Part shown: positions 14,561 to 27,314 of the stretch, in pieces
Layout: the number at the start of each line of letters is the position of its first letter
Numbering within the stretch: the stretch's first letter is position 1
NCBI GenBank assembly: GCA_973895155.1
Contig: OZ316897.1
Span: forward strand, 22,915,455 to 22,979,454
DNA from: Marsupella aquatica
Lineage: Eukaryota; Plantae; Marchantiophyta
DNA length: 64,000 nt
Reading direction: 5' to 3'
Notes under the pieces: model-generated
The model's input: only the letters and a program-made list of their open reading frames with translations
What the model was told of the DNA's origin: nothing
The model's database searches: none
Program-made: the position numbers and the translations under genes

Positions 14561-14805
14561 CTCCACCTATACCCTCTGTCCTGTACAAGGCAATTCACCC
14601 TCTGTCCGGGCGGTATATACGACCAAATCGGTGGAATTCGGCTCCTTGCTGATTTCAAACGCCCCAAATCAGTGTGTTCAGCAGAATTGGAAGAGCTTCA
14701 TGCGTCCCAGCAGGCGAGAGAATCTTACTCACCACATTTGTTTTAAGAGCAACTACTGAGTTGTGTTTAGAATTTGCACGAATTCCGTTTGTTTGGGTCA
14801 ATATA

Positions 14806-14964
14806 GAGAGATTTGCTTGGTGGGACCCCAAATGAAAATGTTTTACTTAATTGGACCCTTGAAAATTTAGGTCCGTCTATTCAAGGTAAATCAACGATGT
14901 GGATCACTCAGGGGTCCTATCAAGTAAAACATTTTCATTTGGGGTCCCACCAAGCAAATCCCTC
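14806..14964. mobile_element. Mutator-type MITE (159 bp) upstream of ZTP29
   Basis: ~55 bp TIRs GAGAGATTTGCTTGGTGGGACCCCAAATGAAAATGTTTTACTT... / ...AAGTAAAACATTTTCATTTGGGGTCCCACCAAGCAAATCCCTC. Near-perfect 9-bp TSD GTCAATATA / GTCAATATC. Confidence 0.85.
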
Positions 14965-15138
14965 GTCAATATCTGGGCATACCTTTCGCTTCTCCAGGTC
15001 AACAACAGGCTCTCTGTGTTGTCCCTCAGGATTTTCAAGGCAAAAACAAAGGCTGTCCCATAGAGTCAACTTGCATGTGTACAGACCTTGGTTTCCTAGT
15101 CCTTAACTTTAGGGATGGCATTCAAAGATTGAGTCAGA

Positions 15139-16060
15139 ATTTTATGCCTACTTTTGGTTATTTATTGGAGAACCAAGAGCATTTTATGCCTAACTTTTGG
15201 TTATTTATTGGAGAACCAAGAGCTGGAAACTCAAGGGCAAGGGCAGGCCCTTGAACCACAACTGCCCCTATAAAGAGCTACGGGTTCCCTTGTTCTCATT
15301 ATAAAGTGCACATGTTCAAGAATGGATTTGAACTCCACAACATTATAAAGTGCACATGTTCAAGGATGGATTTGAACTCCACAAAAGGTGGTGAATGCTT
15401 CACCTTTTATTGGCAAATATTCCACCTTTTTATGGTAAAACATTATCCAACACAGGGCAAAAATTAACTTTTTTATGGTGAAACATCATTCACCACGGGA
15501 CAAAAATGAAGAGTAGTGAGGGAGGGAAAGGGGCTTTTATATGGGGTGAATACACTTTTATTGGCAAGTGCTTCATTTTATGGTGAGAAACTATTCACCA
15601 CACCATAAAAATGCCAATATTCCACCTTTTTATGGCAAAACATTATCCAACACAGGACAAAAAATTAACTTTTTATGGTGAAACGTCATTCACCACGGGA
15701 CAAAAATGAAGAGTAGTGAGGGAGGGAAAGGGGCTTTTATATGGGGTGAATACACTTTTATTGGCAAGTGCTTCGTTTTATGGTGAGAAACTATTCACCA
15801 CACCATAAAAATGAGGAATAGTGAGGGAGGGAAAGGGGCTTTTATATGGGCAGGTGCGGTTTAGGTATGATTTAACTGGGATGGAGGCACTAGTTTGGTG
15901 CGTGCTCTCCAGGCATATGCCACAAGGATCAAATGATTGTCCAAATCAGCATATCTTTTGTAATTTATTGAAAACTCCTTGGCGGTTGAAGTGTAGGTTG
16001 TACCCCTCACCAGACATGCCACAAGGATCAGATGATTGTCCAAATCAGCGTCTCTTGTGA
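15139..16060 (+). repeat. Cluster of local tandem duplications (~42 bp x2, ~45 bp x2, ~200 bp x2+, ~35 bp x2)
   Basis: ATTTTATGCCTA...GGAGAACCAAGAGC x2; CATTATAAAGTGCACATGTTCAAG.ATGGATTTGAACTCCACAA x2; 15417-15612 repeated at 15617-15812; CATGCCACAAGGATCA.ATGATTGTCCAAATCAGC x2. Confidence 0.8.
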
Positions 16061-17488
16061 GTAGTTAAAAGTCTCCTTAAAGTGTAGATTATACCCCTTC
16101 CCGGTTGTTTTAGGGGCTGTGCCTGATGAGTTTAAATGTCTGCGGAGGAGCTACAGTATCTGTTCAAGCACACTGGGACGACGCAACTTCTGTAAAATTG
16201 ATGACACCCATAAATTCTAATATATCCTGGATTCGAGGAAAGTTCTTAAAGGTACATGGCAATTGAGACCTTTCCCTCATGCACGCCCGTCAGGTCTCTT
16301 ACCAATGCTTACCGTGCTCCTAGCATTTTGTGTGTTCCGCTGTGACGTAATGGAGTGAAGCGCCCTTCAGGTCTCTTACAACGGCTTACCGTGCTCCAAG
16401 CGTTTTCTGTCGTCCTCTGTAAAGTAAGGAAGTGGAGTGGAAAAATAATGCACTGACATGGCTCCAGTAATTTCAGTGATCGCCATGATGGACAAGCCAA
16501 ACGTGCCAAGACTCTCCCAAGCTGACTGCAAACCAATTCTGGTGAGCTCATTACATTTTTAGTGAGAAAGACAGGCGATATGTAGATGTAGGAAGACTTC
16601 GCTCCCCATCATGCTTTTAATGTTCACTTTGTCTGGCCGAGTAGGCTCACATCCCTCATAGGAAATTTCAAGACTTCAACAAACCAAGACAATAGAAGTC
16701 ACCCATAAACTCTTCCCAATCCCGAGACGACCTGACTTGGATCAAAAGCCACTTCCAACTAGAAAAAATTAAATCGGAGTCCAAGATTTGCACACCTCGC
16801 ACATGTGGTAACTTATAGACACCATAACTCTTCGCTTCCTGAATACCAACTTCGTGATGTTATTGTCAGCTGGCTGCCATAGCCCTCGAGCTAGGTTCGA
16901 GCATACCCATGTTCTCCGATTCATGATAGTACTCTGTAATTGCAATCGACTGCAGCTAAAATGTCTAGAGGCAGAGCCAGCTTTGTTACAGATGGTTACA
17001 GTGGCCTAAGTGCCGTTCAATGGCCTGATGCACCTGTAGCGTCCAAAATTCCCTTCTATAGGCCGGCAGACTAAGATGTACTTCTGAAACCAATGTCAAA
17101 AACATTTCAAGGGTACATTCCCATCAATGATAGACAGGAGTGTTTCACGGATCTTACAGCGATGTTGGACGGACAGACATGTACAATGAATTCCCATGCC
17201 ACAGAAGGGTCGCACATCCAGGAGGAACTATAATGCGTCCGACCGTCTCTGCGTGATTCTGATGGGGACGACCTACAGCAGAGTGGAGTGGCTTCTACAT
17301 GAGAATATACGAACACCTACAGCAAGCTGCGGGAAAAGATTCTAGCAAGCTCTGGCCTTGAACCCACCTTAAATTCGCGAACCTACCTAAATTTCCCCCT
17401 CACTACTGGGGGCTCAAACTCTGTGACTTGGTACAAATAAAATCCCTTGCAGCTATACCAGAATTTTCAAGGAACCTGCCTGAATGTT

Positions 17489-19922
17489 TCAAAAGCCAAA
17501 GAACCCGAGTTCACTAGCTCGCTCTTTGTCAAATGTTTCGAAGTATTGGTAGATGATGGTGACGGCAAGTAAAATGCCTGTTCCTGACCCAATGGCACCC
17601 ATGAAATCAGCTACGACAGTCAATGCCCCAATACACATTCCACCAAACGCAGCCGCTGTTGGAATGTATCGGTTTAGCTCCTTCTGCAAGTTTGATTCAC
17701 GATGACCTGGCATCACCATTTGTTGTTCCTGTTTACAATCCACAACAAAACAAAGTTACATTTAACATACAAATTCAGTCTTCCTAAGGATGCCTACCCG
17801 TACTAACAACAAAGAGCTTTAAGTTTGAAAACTTCTCACCCATGAAAGTTTTCATCCATCAAACATATAGTTTTACAAGATTCCACACACATTAATAAAT
17901 GGCAATGGACATATAGGCCGATGCAACTGGATGAAGTGGCGTTTATTTTACATTGGAGGTTATTCAAAGGATAAAACCACTGGCAGAACATCCTTGAACG
18001 CTTACCTTGAGCTGCTTTGCGACATCCCTAGCAGAAGACCCAGACACTTCAATCCACGTCTTCGAGAAAAGGGCGCACGCTGTCAACATAAAAGTAAAGT
18101 AGAACAAGGCATGGAACGGATTGGCTGCAATGTCTCCCAAACTGCAAAACAACGGTGAAACATCAATAACCATGATCAATAGGACTAACCACCAGAAAGT
18201 CATTATATCAGCCGTCCTACTCCGTCGAGGATATTGAATTTTGATGGCTAACAACAGTCCAGGAAGACGGCAAACCTGGTAGGAGGAGTGATGTAATACA
18301 CCAGACCACCGACAGGAATCAATTGTCCACTTTGCGAGTACTCAGACTCCTTCCACTTTCCAAGAAGTTGGACGAGGAAAACACCGCTGTACTTCTTGTA
18401 CAAGAGCTGGAAGAACAGTGGCATGCACAATGGGTCAATAGGGAGACAACGAGCATTCAGATTTCATCATGTTTCAGAAACTGCCCATTAAATAATTGAA
18501 TAAGTCCGCTGTTCAATACATTCTCACCTGTGAAATGAAGTACAGGTTGGAAACCAAGGCAGATTGAAGGATGATCGGCATGTTCGAGGTATAGAACAGC
18601 TTTATAGGGTAAGATCCCTGTTGACCACGAGCGTTTCTCGAACGAACAGGAAGTACAACCCGGAACCCTTGGAAGTAAATGACAATTAAAAACACCAAAA
18701 CCGTCGCCAGCAAATTAGTCACGTTAGGAAGGTTTTGTCTGTAAAATGCCTCCTTCAAAGCTCGCACTTTATCGGTCCTCGTGATCAGGAGATGGAACAA
18801 AGCAATCACAGCTCCCTCAAACTCTGCTCCACGGCCACTGTTGATGGTTGTCGGACTGAAGGCTTTCCAGATGATGTTCTCACTGCATAGCAGCAAAAGA
18901 AGAGAGAAGTTGACAACCGGACGCACGTGCCAAAGAATGTAGGGGACCCTTCGTAATCACTGACAACAAAATCATGGCCGAAAACGCCGGTCTCCACTCT
19001 GAACCCTAAATGAAATGCCCCAAACATAGTCATTGCAGAAGGGCCACAATCCCAGGGCAGAACATATCGAGAACGTACCAGATGTTGGTTGCAATGAACA
19101 GCGAGATGCCAGACCCGAGTCCGTATCCTTTCTGGAGGAGCTCGTCCAAGCAAATCACAATAATACCGGCGAAAAAGAGCTGGACAATGATTAAGATGGC
19201 ATTCCCGGCTCCAAGATCTCGGACATCACCATACATTCCAGACAGAACATAAGCAACGGCCTCTCCAATAGTGATCAGGACGCCCAATAACTTCTGAGCA
19301 CCGTTCCTGGAAAACCATCACCGACAAGACCACCCGATCAGACAGACGCAAGCGCATCTACACCCGCAAACTCGGCACGCCCACAGTCCCGAGAACCCAC
19401 CGCTGATAGCATCGACTAGGATTCGAGCCCTTAATTCACCAAGAGAGTATGAGCTTCCAACGAAATTCCCAACAAACTTCTCCGCATGCGGTCCTCCGGT
19501 AGAGAGCTTTGAGATGAAAGTAGGTATTGCGACCGATCTACATCAATGGCTGACTTAAAGAGTGAGAAGTCTACTCACAAAAGAGCCCGATCCTCCTTCA
19601 CGCTGTTGTCAACTTCGATAATCTTGGACCCAGCCAAAAGCTGCATCACCAACCCCGAGGTGACGATAGGAGTGATACCAAGCTCCATAACTGTACCCCT
19701 GTTCGATGCCAAAATCACTCTCATCCAATAGAAGGGATCCGATCCTGTCGCCGAATGGATGCCATAGAGAGGGAGCTGGGAACACACTAAGAAAATGAAC
19801 AAAGAAACGACGGTATAGAGAACCTTCTCTCTAAACGGCACCTTCCTCTCTGCAGTCTGCACTTCCGGAAGCACGGACAGAAACGGCCGAACCAAATGTA
19901 GAACTCTGAACCCTCCACCCAT
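17489..19922 (-). CDS. SEC61A: Protein transport protein Sec61 subunit alpha, 6 coding exons
   Basis: [21 protein letters not shown]...[18 protein letters not shown]...[39 protein letters not shown]...[19 protein letters not shown]...[23 protein letters not shown]. All coding introns are GT-AG. A probable 5' UTR intron lies at ~19958-20216. Confidence 0.97.
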
Positions 19923-20477
19923 CGTAACAAACCTTCGCCTCACCCAAACCGGCCTCCTGTCAGTGAAACCTCTGCTTCACCTAAAGCTCCCATTCCACCT
20001 CTGCAAAACGCTTCTCCGCATCGAAATACTACGACGCGCTGCACCAAAGCCCCCCGAGTGCTCGAGTCCGCCCACCGTCCAACAGACCTGATCCCTCGTC
20101 GTTCACAAAACCCCTGTCGTTCCAAACGCAAACCGGCTCCTGAGAACCTCGAAAAATGCACGATTGGGGATCCAATTTGTCATTGGAGAGTGACCATCGA
20201 CTCTTGGCGAACGTACCCGAAGCTGAGACTCCAAATTGAAGAAGATGTGGAGCGATTTGTGCAGAAAGAGAGGGCGAGGGAGCAGGAGGGCAAGACTGCA
20301 CGAGGAGCATGAGGAAGTCCCGTAGTCGGGCAAGGCAGCATCATTCTACGGCATCCTTCTATCTCGCTGCCGGTTTCCGGCCGAGTTGACGGGAGTGCGG
20401 GTCAGGTCCGATCTACGCCAAACTTTCACTCATGAGAAAACACCCTCTTCCTTTCAATCGTCATATTTTTAATATAG

Positions 20478-20692
20478 TTTTTAAGTACTTTGTCACTGAA
20501 CATATTCTAATTGATAATATTGTCATTATTAAAAAAATTTAATAAAAAATAACATGATTTTATATATGGATGACAAGTTTACCAAGTTAAGCAAAGAGAA
20601 CTATATATGAGAAATGTGACATTTTTTTAACTACAAAAAAATAGTGATAATATTATAAATTTAAATAACTTTAGTGACAATGTACTTGAAAG
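20478..20692. mobile_element. AT-rich degenerate MITE upstream of SEC61A
   Basis: Inverted termini TTTTTAAGTACTTTGTCACTGAA / TTTAGTGACAATGTACTTGAAAG, plus inner pair ATAATATTGTCATTATT / AATAGTGATAATATTAT. Very AT-rich. Confidence 0.5.
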
Positions 20693-20704
20693 GTGTATTT
20701 AATT

Positions 20705-23180
20705 AACGGCTCATGTTTATTGCCAACCAGAGTACGCACAATAGGCCCCATAGTAGTTTATTGCCAACCACAGTAGGCCCCGACGTAAGTTAGAGGAGTC
20801 GATAACTGGTTCACTTGGAACATACTCCGTCCAACTACCATTCCCCATCGGGACATGTCGCACCCTGAATACCCAGACTAAGTAAGTACTTAATCTGGGC
20901 CCCCTTGTTGTGTTCCAATTGCTCATAAATGAGTCGCTAGTCTTGAGTCAACGGACCCAAACCGTCGTCAGCGGCTGGGCCCTTGCGGGTTGTATGAGGA
21001 CGGTCCTCCAATTTCTTTCCTTTGCGGGCCGCCTGTCCTTAGGTTCTCTTGTGGATTTTGGTGACACCCCCCGCGTCTTGCGAGCACCATGACCTCCCGG
21101 GACTGAGGCATCACTCGCATCGCCCTGGTTCTGTTTGGTCAAATTATTCACGATGACATCCGGCTCGACATCATCCTCTGGTTTCGCATCCCACCCTCTC
21201 AAGGCTGGGATCAGTTCCTCCTCTGGGTCCTGACCCTCTTCCTCCGATTTAGCTTCATCATCGTCGTCGCTTCCATCCGCGTCGGAGCCGTCATCGTTCG
21301 ACCTGTCCTCTGAAGGAGCGGCCACCTCCTTCCCTTTAAGTCGACGGCGCTTTGCACTTGACGTGGTTGCCGCAGCGGTCGACGGTTCGGCCACCACGTC
21401 TTCTTCGTCCTGCTTGTAACGTTCATCTAGGGAAGTCGACCTGTCCTCCTTCTGTTTGTCTTGAACTTGGGCTCTCCCCTTGGCGGGGGGAGCCTGTTTG
21501 TCACTCTTTGATTGAGTGTTTTTAGCCATATTCCCAGCGACCGAATCTGCTTGCAGTCGACCCGTCGGGCACGTTGATCGAAGCACTAAGTCCCCGCAAA
21601 AATCCGTTAAGATTTTTGGATTCCGACTTAGCACAACCTCGGCTCGGTGTCTATGCCAACAATCGCTCTAATACCACAAGTGGTGGACCTTGCCACTCAA
21701 CGCCCTCACCAATCCCAGCACTCACGCCTACGTGCCCCTGGTGCCCGAACGCCTCCACGGAATACCTTGAGCAAGCACCCTGGTGCCCCTTGCACCTCTA
21801 GCGGCCCCTCCCATACAAAGTCGCACTTGCTCACCTACACGGCTGCTACTTTAATAGTCCTCCCTGTCTGCACAAGCAACCAAGCACCTCGGTAAGTAAC
21901 CCTTCAGGATCTAGAACTCGCCAAGTCTAGCATCCTGACTCAAGCTCAACAGACATTGGTAAATAGGTCAGCGATAAGTCCTCCCGATGCCATAAGCCGG
22001 AACCAGAACCCACACCCACTGTTCGTCCAGAATAGCTCCTTCCATGGGCGCGGCCCGGGTTCCCCCTTGTACCTATCCATCACCAACTGACCGCTCTGAC
22101 CTCAGGACATGCTCATGGCCCAAATAACATAGCTTGTCCTAAAGCTTGTCCCAAGCTTGTCCCAACACGCCTCTAGCAACCAACTCCCGATTTGCCTCAC
22201 TGACGATCTAGGGACCGAGCACTCTTGGGATTCAACCTCCATATCTACTTGGCGGGCTACTTGGCCTTGCCTCCCCAACGCAAGCTCCCTTGGGAGACTG
22301 AACGCGGCTTGGCTGCTATTCGGCAAGATTTGGCAAGCGGGCGAGTTAACACCCGCAAACCTCAAGAAACCATGGTGCCCCCAGACCCAACTGAGCTCAG
22401 GAGGGCGTATTCCTCTTTGAGAGTTTTCCAACGCACCCAAGAAGTCCTCCAACGGACTTCCCGTTGGGAAGATATTGTCATTTTTGTTTGGCGGTTTCCC
22501 TTAGTATCACGACCACCGCGGCTCACGACTTCGGCTCGCCCTTAGCCCCCAGGGAGACACCACTCCCTTCATATATGCTTCTGAAGACCTGCCACCGCCG
22601 TACCAGCTTTGGTCCCTAAACATTTGGCCCCCAACCCGGATCTTATTGCGCAAAATGGGCGCTCCACCAACTGGCAACGCCCATAACTTTCTCTTTAGGC
22701 ATCCGCAACGGAGTGCCTTAGCCCGTTGTGTCTGGGTCGACCCAGTGCTCCTGCCTAGGCCCTCAGGTCTCATCGTCGCTCGAGGCCCTCGATCGGCCCA
22801 AACCGGATCGGGCCATAACTTGCGCCCCAAGCGTCCGTTGCCCATGGCGTCAACTCCATGGGCCTTGGGCCCAAGAGGAGCTCACACTCAAACCCTCAGA
22901 ACTCAAAGTCCATCCGGAGGTCCGGACAATCGTCCTTGAGCCCAGCCCATTTCCTCTTGACCCGACCAACTCTCAGCTAGTCCGAGTCCTTAGTGTGTGT
23001 CACCAGCTTGGCTCCTTGCCTTCGCTAGCACCACATCTCGTTGCCCATAAGTCTCCCCATGCTAAGTCCTTCCCGGATGGCCTATCCGGGCCTGGACCAT
23101 AAGGGAGCTCGGTGTCGGAGTCAGCGACGTTGAAGCTAAGTGTTAAGGTAGTCGAGTTCCGCGACTCAAACGCTCCAACA
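20705..23180 (-). mobile_element. Truncated LTR retrotransposon: putative ~1.5 kb 5' LTR, tRNA-Met PBS and start of a gag-like ORF
   Basis: GC-rich block starting TGTTGGAGCG at 23180 (minus strand). PBS-like TGGTATTAGAGC at 21676-21665 (cf. tRNA-iMet PBS TGGTATCAGAGC). It is followed by a low-complexity acidic/basic ORF (MAKNTQSKSDKQAPPAKGRAQ..., 21634-20948). No pol and no second LTR seen; the left boundary is approximate. Confidence 0.65.
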
Positions 23181-24400
23181 AAGTTTTTGCTTAGCCGTTC
23201 TAAAACATTGTGTTGTGGAGTATACACACTGGTCAAATGTTGAGTGATGCCTTCATTCTCATAATATATAGAGGTTGAATTTGTTGAAAATATACTTGTT
23301 GTCATTGTTTGAGCGGAGATACTAAACCTGTCTCTTTTGTGTCTCAATATGTGTTTTCCACTTCTTAAAGATTGAAAACATCTACCTAGAGAGGCATGAC
23401 TTTGAGGTAGTTTGCTTGAGTAGAGACTTATAGGTCTTGGGTTAAAGTATTGTGCCTGACTCTTCTCTTTCTATGGGGTTTCACGAATTTTCTCTTTAAA
23501 ATAAACTAGTAATAATAAATTGAAAATATTTGTGGTTTCTTACACATGAAATAAATACAAATCATGTTTGAATAGTCATCAATAAATGAAACATAGTATT
23601 TCATGTTGAAATGGAAAGAAGTGAGGATTCTCTCACATCAAATGAATATAACTGAGTACATCCTTGGAGATATGATGAACAATTAAAACTAACATGATGT
23701 TGTTTGCCAAAAATACAATGTTGATAAAACTTCACCTTGCAAAACTTTGCACATGACAAGAGTTTTTACTTACGCAACATTATCAATTCTTGTTTACTCA
23801 TGTGACCGTGCATGCCACAAGCATTTTGATCCTCCTTTGATGAAACCACATTAACGTTGCTAGGATGGTGGCTTCAACCAAGATATATAATTTTCTCTCC
23901 TTTTTTGCTTTCATAACATTGAGATGCCTTTTTGACACGCAAAACTCCATTAATTGTACTCCACTCACATCCAACAATGTCTAGAGCTCCAAGAGAAATC
24001 AAATTCCTTTGAGATGAGAAATGTGTTTGACATTTGTTAATGTTTGAAGAATGTCATCAGACATGTGAATCTTCAATGTAGAAGTGTAAATTAGTTGGTA
24101 GGGTTAATCATTCCCATCAAGACACTTCCAATAGTGGATTCATAGAATTGAAAAAAACTCTTGTCGAAGTCATGCGATGAGAATTTAAGTAGAATCCAAA
24201 ATACAATCAAGTTCATGCACAATAGAAGAATTTGTGTACAAACAAAAATCTCATCATTAGACACTGTAATCAAACTAGTCTGATGCTTTTGCAATTCTTT
24301 TTGATGTGGTTTGTTTTGCCACAATTCCAACACTCCACACTCTTCGAATCCAAGATCTTTGGTCAAGTGCGTTGAGGGATAGACAACTTAGGCTTAAATT
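23181..24400 (-). mobile_element. Highly degraded Ty1/Copia remnant (integrase region)
   Basis: YYENEGITQHLTSVYTPQHNVLERLSKNF resembles the Copia integrase motif GI.HQ.T..YTPQQNGVAER.NRTL. It is interrupted at 23180 by the younger LTR element. The right boundary is approximate. Confidence 0.55.
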
Positions 24401-25089
24401 AACTCTTGGTTATTGATAAAGCAAACGAGAAAGTTATTCCTAGTGTTATGTGCTAGAAGCGTGCTGACCATGTCAACATATGAAATTTTATCCTTACCAT
24501 AGAGTACTATGGTTTGAGTCAAATGCTCATATAATTTGGGCAAGGAGGTAAGAAGAAATAAACCTTGCCCCAAGATTCATTTGCCAAAAAAAACTCAGTT
24601 GAGATAGTTTTATCACCTCGTAAAGAGGGATCAAAACACCAAAATTGAACCCCCGAGAAGAATCAATGCACTAAAATTCTCAAGCCAAGTTGGTTTGAGA
24701 AATTGTTTGCACAAGGCCCTACTGAACTCCCTCAAGTATTTCCTTGCAAAATATTTTGTTGATACAACACATCATCGGATCATTGGCCAAAAACCCGATT
24801 TCGTCGCAAAAACAAGTTTGCTGGAAAAACATATTTTCTTTCAATTCCTGCGGCCCTTGTACAGGCTTTGTGAGAATTTTTTAGAGCTGCCCATGGGTTG
24901 CCACGTGCCCCCTGTCCGCGCCCCTTCTTATGAGAGTCAATACTCATGACAGACTAACCCCTCAACAGGAAATCTAAAATATCTCTTTGAGGTTGTGACA
25001 AAATACAAAATTGATTTCAAATTCCAAAACTAGACTTTGAGGCGCTTCAAGTTGATCCAACAGATAAGAATTGAGAGAGATAAATTTTG

Positions 25090-25215
25090 GACAAGATCAA
25101 TGATTTTGGCCTAATCGCTATAGCCAGGAATTTTGAGTTCAAGTTGTGGGAATTCAATCTAAGAGATTTTCACAACACCTAAGTGAAACACATTGATATC
25201 GTTGCCACCATGTTT
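25090..25215 (+). mobile_element. Copia RNase H remnant
   Basis: Fragments INDFGLIAIARNFEF and FH...KHIDI resemble Copia RNase H (DNQSAIALAKNPVFHARTKHIDI), with disruptions. Confidence 0.4.
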
Positions 25216-27314
25216 CATAGCAACACCACCCGAACTAGCTTTCCTTCAATGATCACCAATGTCTTACAAGAAATTGAAATCATATCTCAAAAACCAAGTT
25301 TTCTTTGGTAATCAAATTGGGACTTCAAAAACCGCCTGATCTGAAAATTGAATTTGCTCGACCATATGCAAACAATCTTTCGATTAAGCTAGCAAGTCTC
25401 CACTCCATAGAACTACTTGTCCGATCACCACTTCGTATGATAATGTTCACACTTTCATCGTGCCCCCCAAAACCACCAATCAGTCATAACTATCATTAAG
25501 ACATGAATTGATCCTGAACCAAAACTCTGATCCTTATTGTAGTATATATTTAAATGGACATCATGATGTCTCAAAATTATCACACATATAGCACACGAGT
25601 ATGTCACCGACACAAAGATACGTGGTTAACCCCTGGGTTAACCCCGTCTGGGTTACGTCACGATCGCACCGAGAGTTTCACTATGAACACGAAAATATAT
25701 GTCACCATAGTTCTATGGTCCAAGCTCTTTCTCTCTCTCACGCACACCAAGTTTACAAAAATGATAATCCCTTCATGAGAATCTAGTTAAGTAATGTTAA
25801 CTCTGGTTAATTTACTTTAATTAACCTAGCCAAGGTTGAATCAAACCCCTAACACACCTGGTTAGGAAGACTCTATTCTAGTTTTACTAAATTTTGTAAC
25901 AATTAAAATATCTTAGGCCTTTAAGTGTATGACTGTCCTGTTCCTCTAGCATTATGGGCATAAAGCCCCTAAAAACTTAAGCTCCCATTTGTGAGGGCAT
26001 TATATCTCAGAGTGCCTTCTAAAGATTACATTATTGTATACATTACATCTCACAATGCCCTGGGCCCTCTAAAGAATACATTATTATATTCCAAGGGGCA
26101 TTGCACTGTCTAGTTAGTAATATTCTAGGAGATTGTGAATAAAATGGGGTCCACACATGCCTATGGTGGCAACCTACACCAGAGGTCCATGTGGGAGTAC
26201 TGGCCTCCAAGAGTACTGGTTCCTTCCCCTTCAAGCTGACTACGGGACGGTTCCTTCTCCCTCAAGCTGCCCACGGGAGGGTTTACGGCCTTTACGGGAC
26301 CCTAAGAAATAATGGAATCTAGCAAGAAATCCGTGCTCGGATGTGGTGCTCCTTTCAACCAGTCAACGAGAATAGGCCACTATCATAAGCCGTCAGACGA
26401 GAATAGACCGCTAACGTGAACAACGCAATGTAGAAGGATCAATTTTATGAGCCTTGAAACGCGGATAGACCAGGTCACTGTTGGCCAAAAGACAGTAGCT
26501 GAGTAGCGCTCAAAAGGCGGCGGCGGGATTCCGAGAAAACACGACAGAGGTGTTGTTTATTATTATTGTGTAGATTGTGGAGATTGTGGGAGAAGGGAGG
26601 CGATGAATCACGAGTCCACCACTGAGCCGCCGAATCGGAGCTGGGATTCGAAAGGGCCGCTGCTGCAAAATAAATAAATCGATTTCCGCGCAGCTCAACT
26701 CAGCATTCCGCCGAGAAACGAGAACCGGATGAGTGATCAGTTCAGCTCCATTATTATTCCAAGCGATAGACAGACAGACAGACAGACAGATCAGGGTTTA
26801 TGGCGAAGCCGCACTCGTCCGTCCGAATAAGGGCTTCTCCTCCGCACCATCGCCACAGAAGTGACCTTGGTGATCCGTCGTGGGTCTCGTGAGAGCGGCA
26901 GCAGCGTGACGGTAATGAAACGAGGTGGGACGGAGAGGAAGAAACGAAATGCGCGCGGATTTGGGAACCGTCGTGTAGAAGCTAGTCGGCACAGTCATCA
27001 TGTTTGAAGAGAGAGTAGGCAGCCGAGGGTTTAACGGACTGGCGGAAGAGTAGCTGTGGGGTTTAATCATCAGGTTGAGCCCACGGACGGAGGCGAGCAG
27101 GAGGAGAAAGAGTGAGATCCAGGGCTCCGAGATCGTATTGCGTTGGATTGGATTGGGATTACGTTGGATTGGGTTGGGTGGAAAGGGAAGGGAGGGGAGG
27201 AGACTTGTAGTTCTCGAGCAGGGGCGTGGCGGAGGAGGGAGTAAAGGTGAGTGAGAGACGGGAAAAGTGGAGGGAGCGGGTCTATTGAGGGGAGTGTGGA
27301 GGAGAGGGGTTGCT

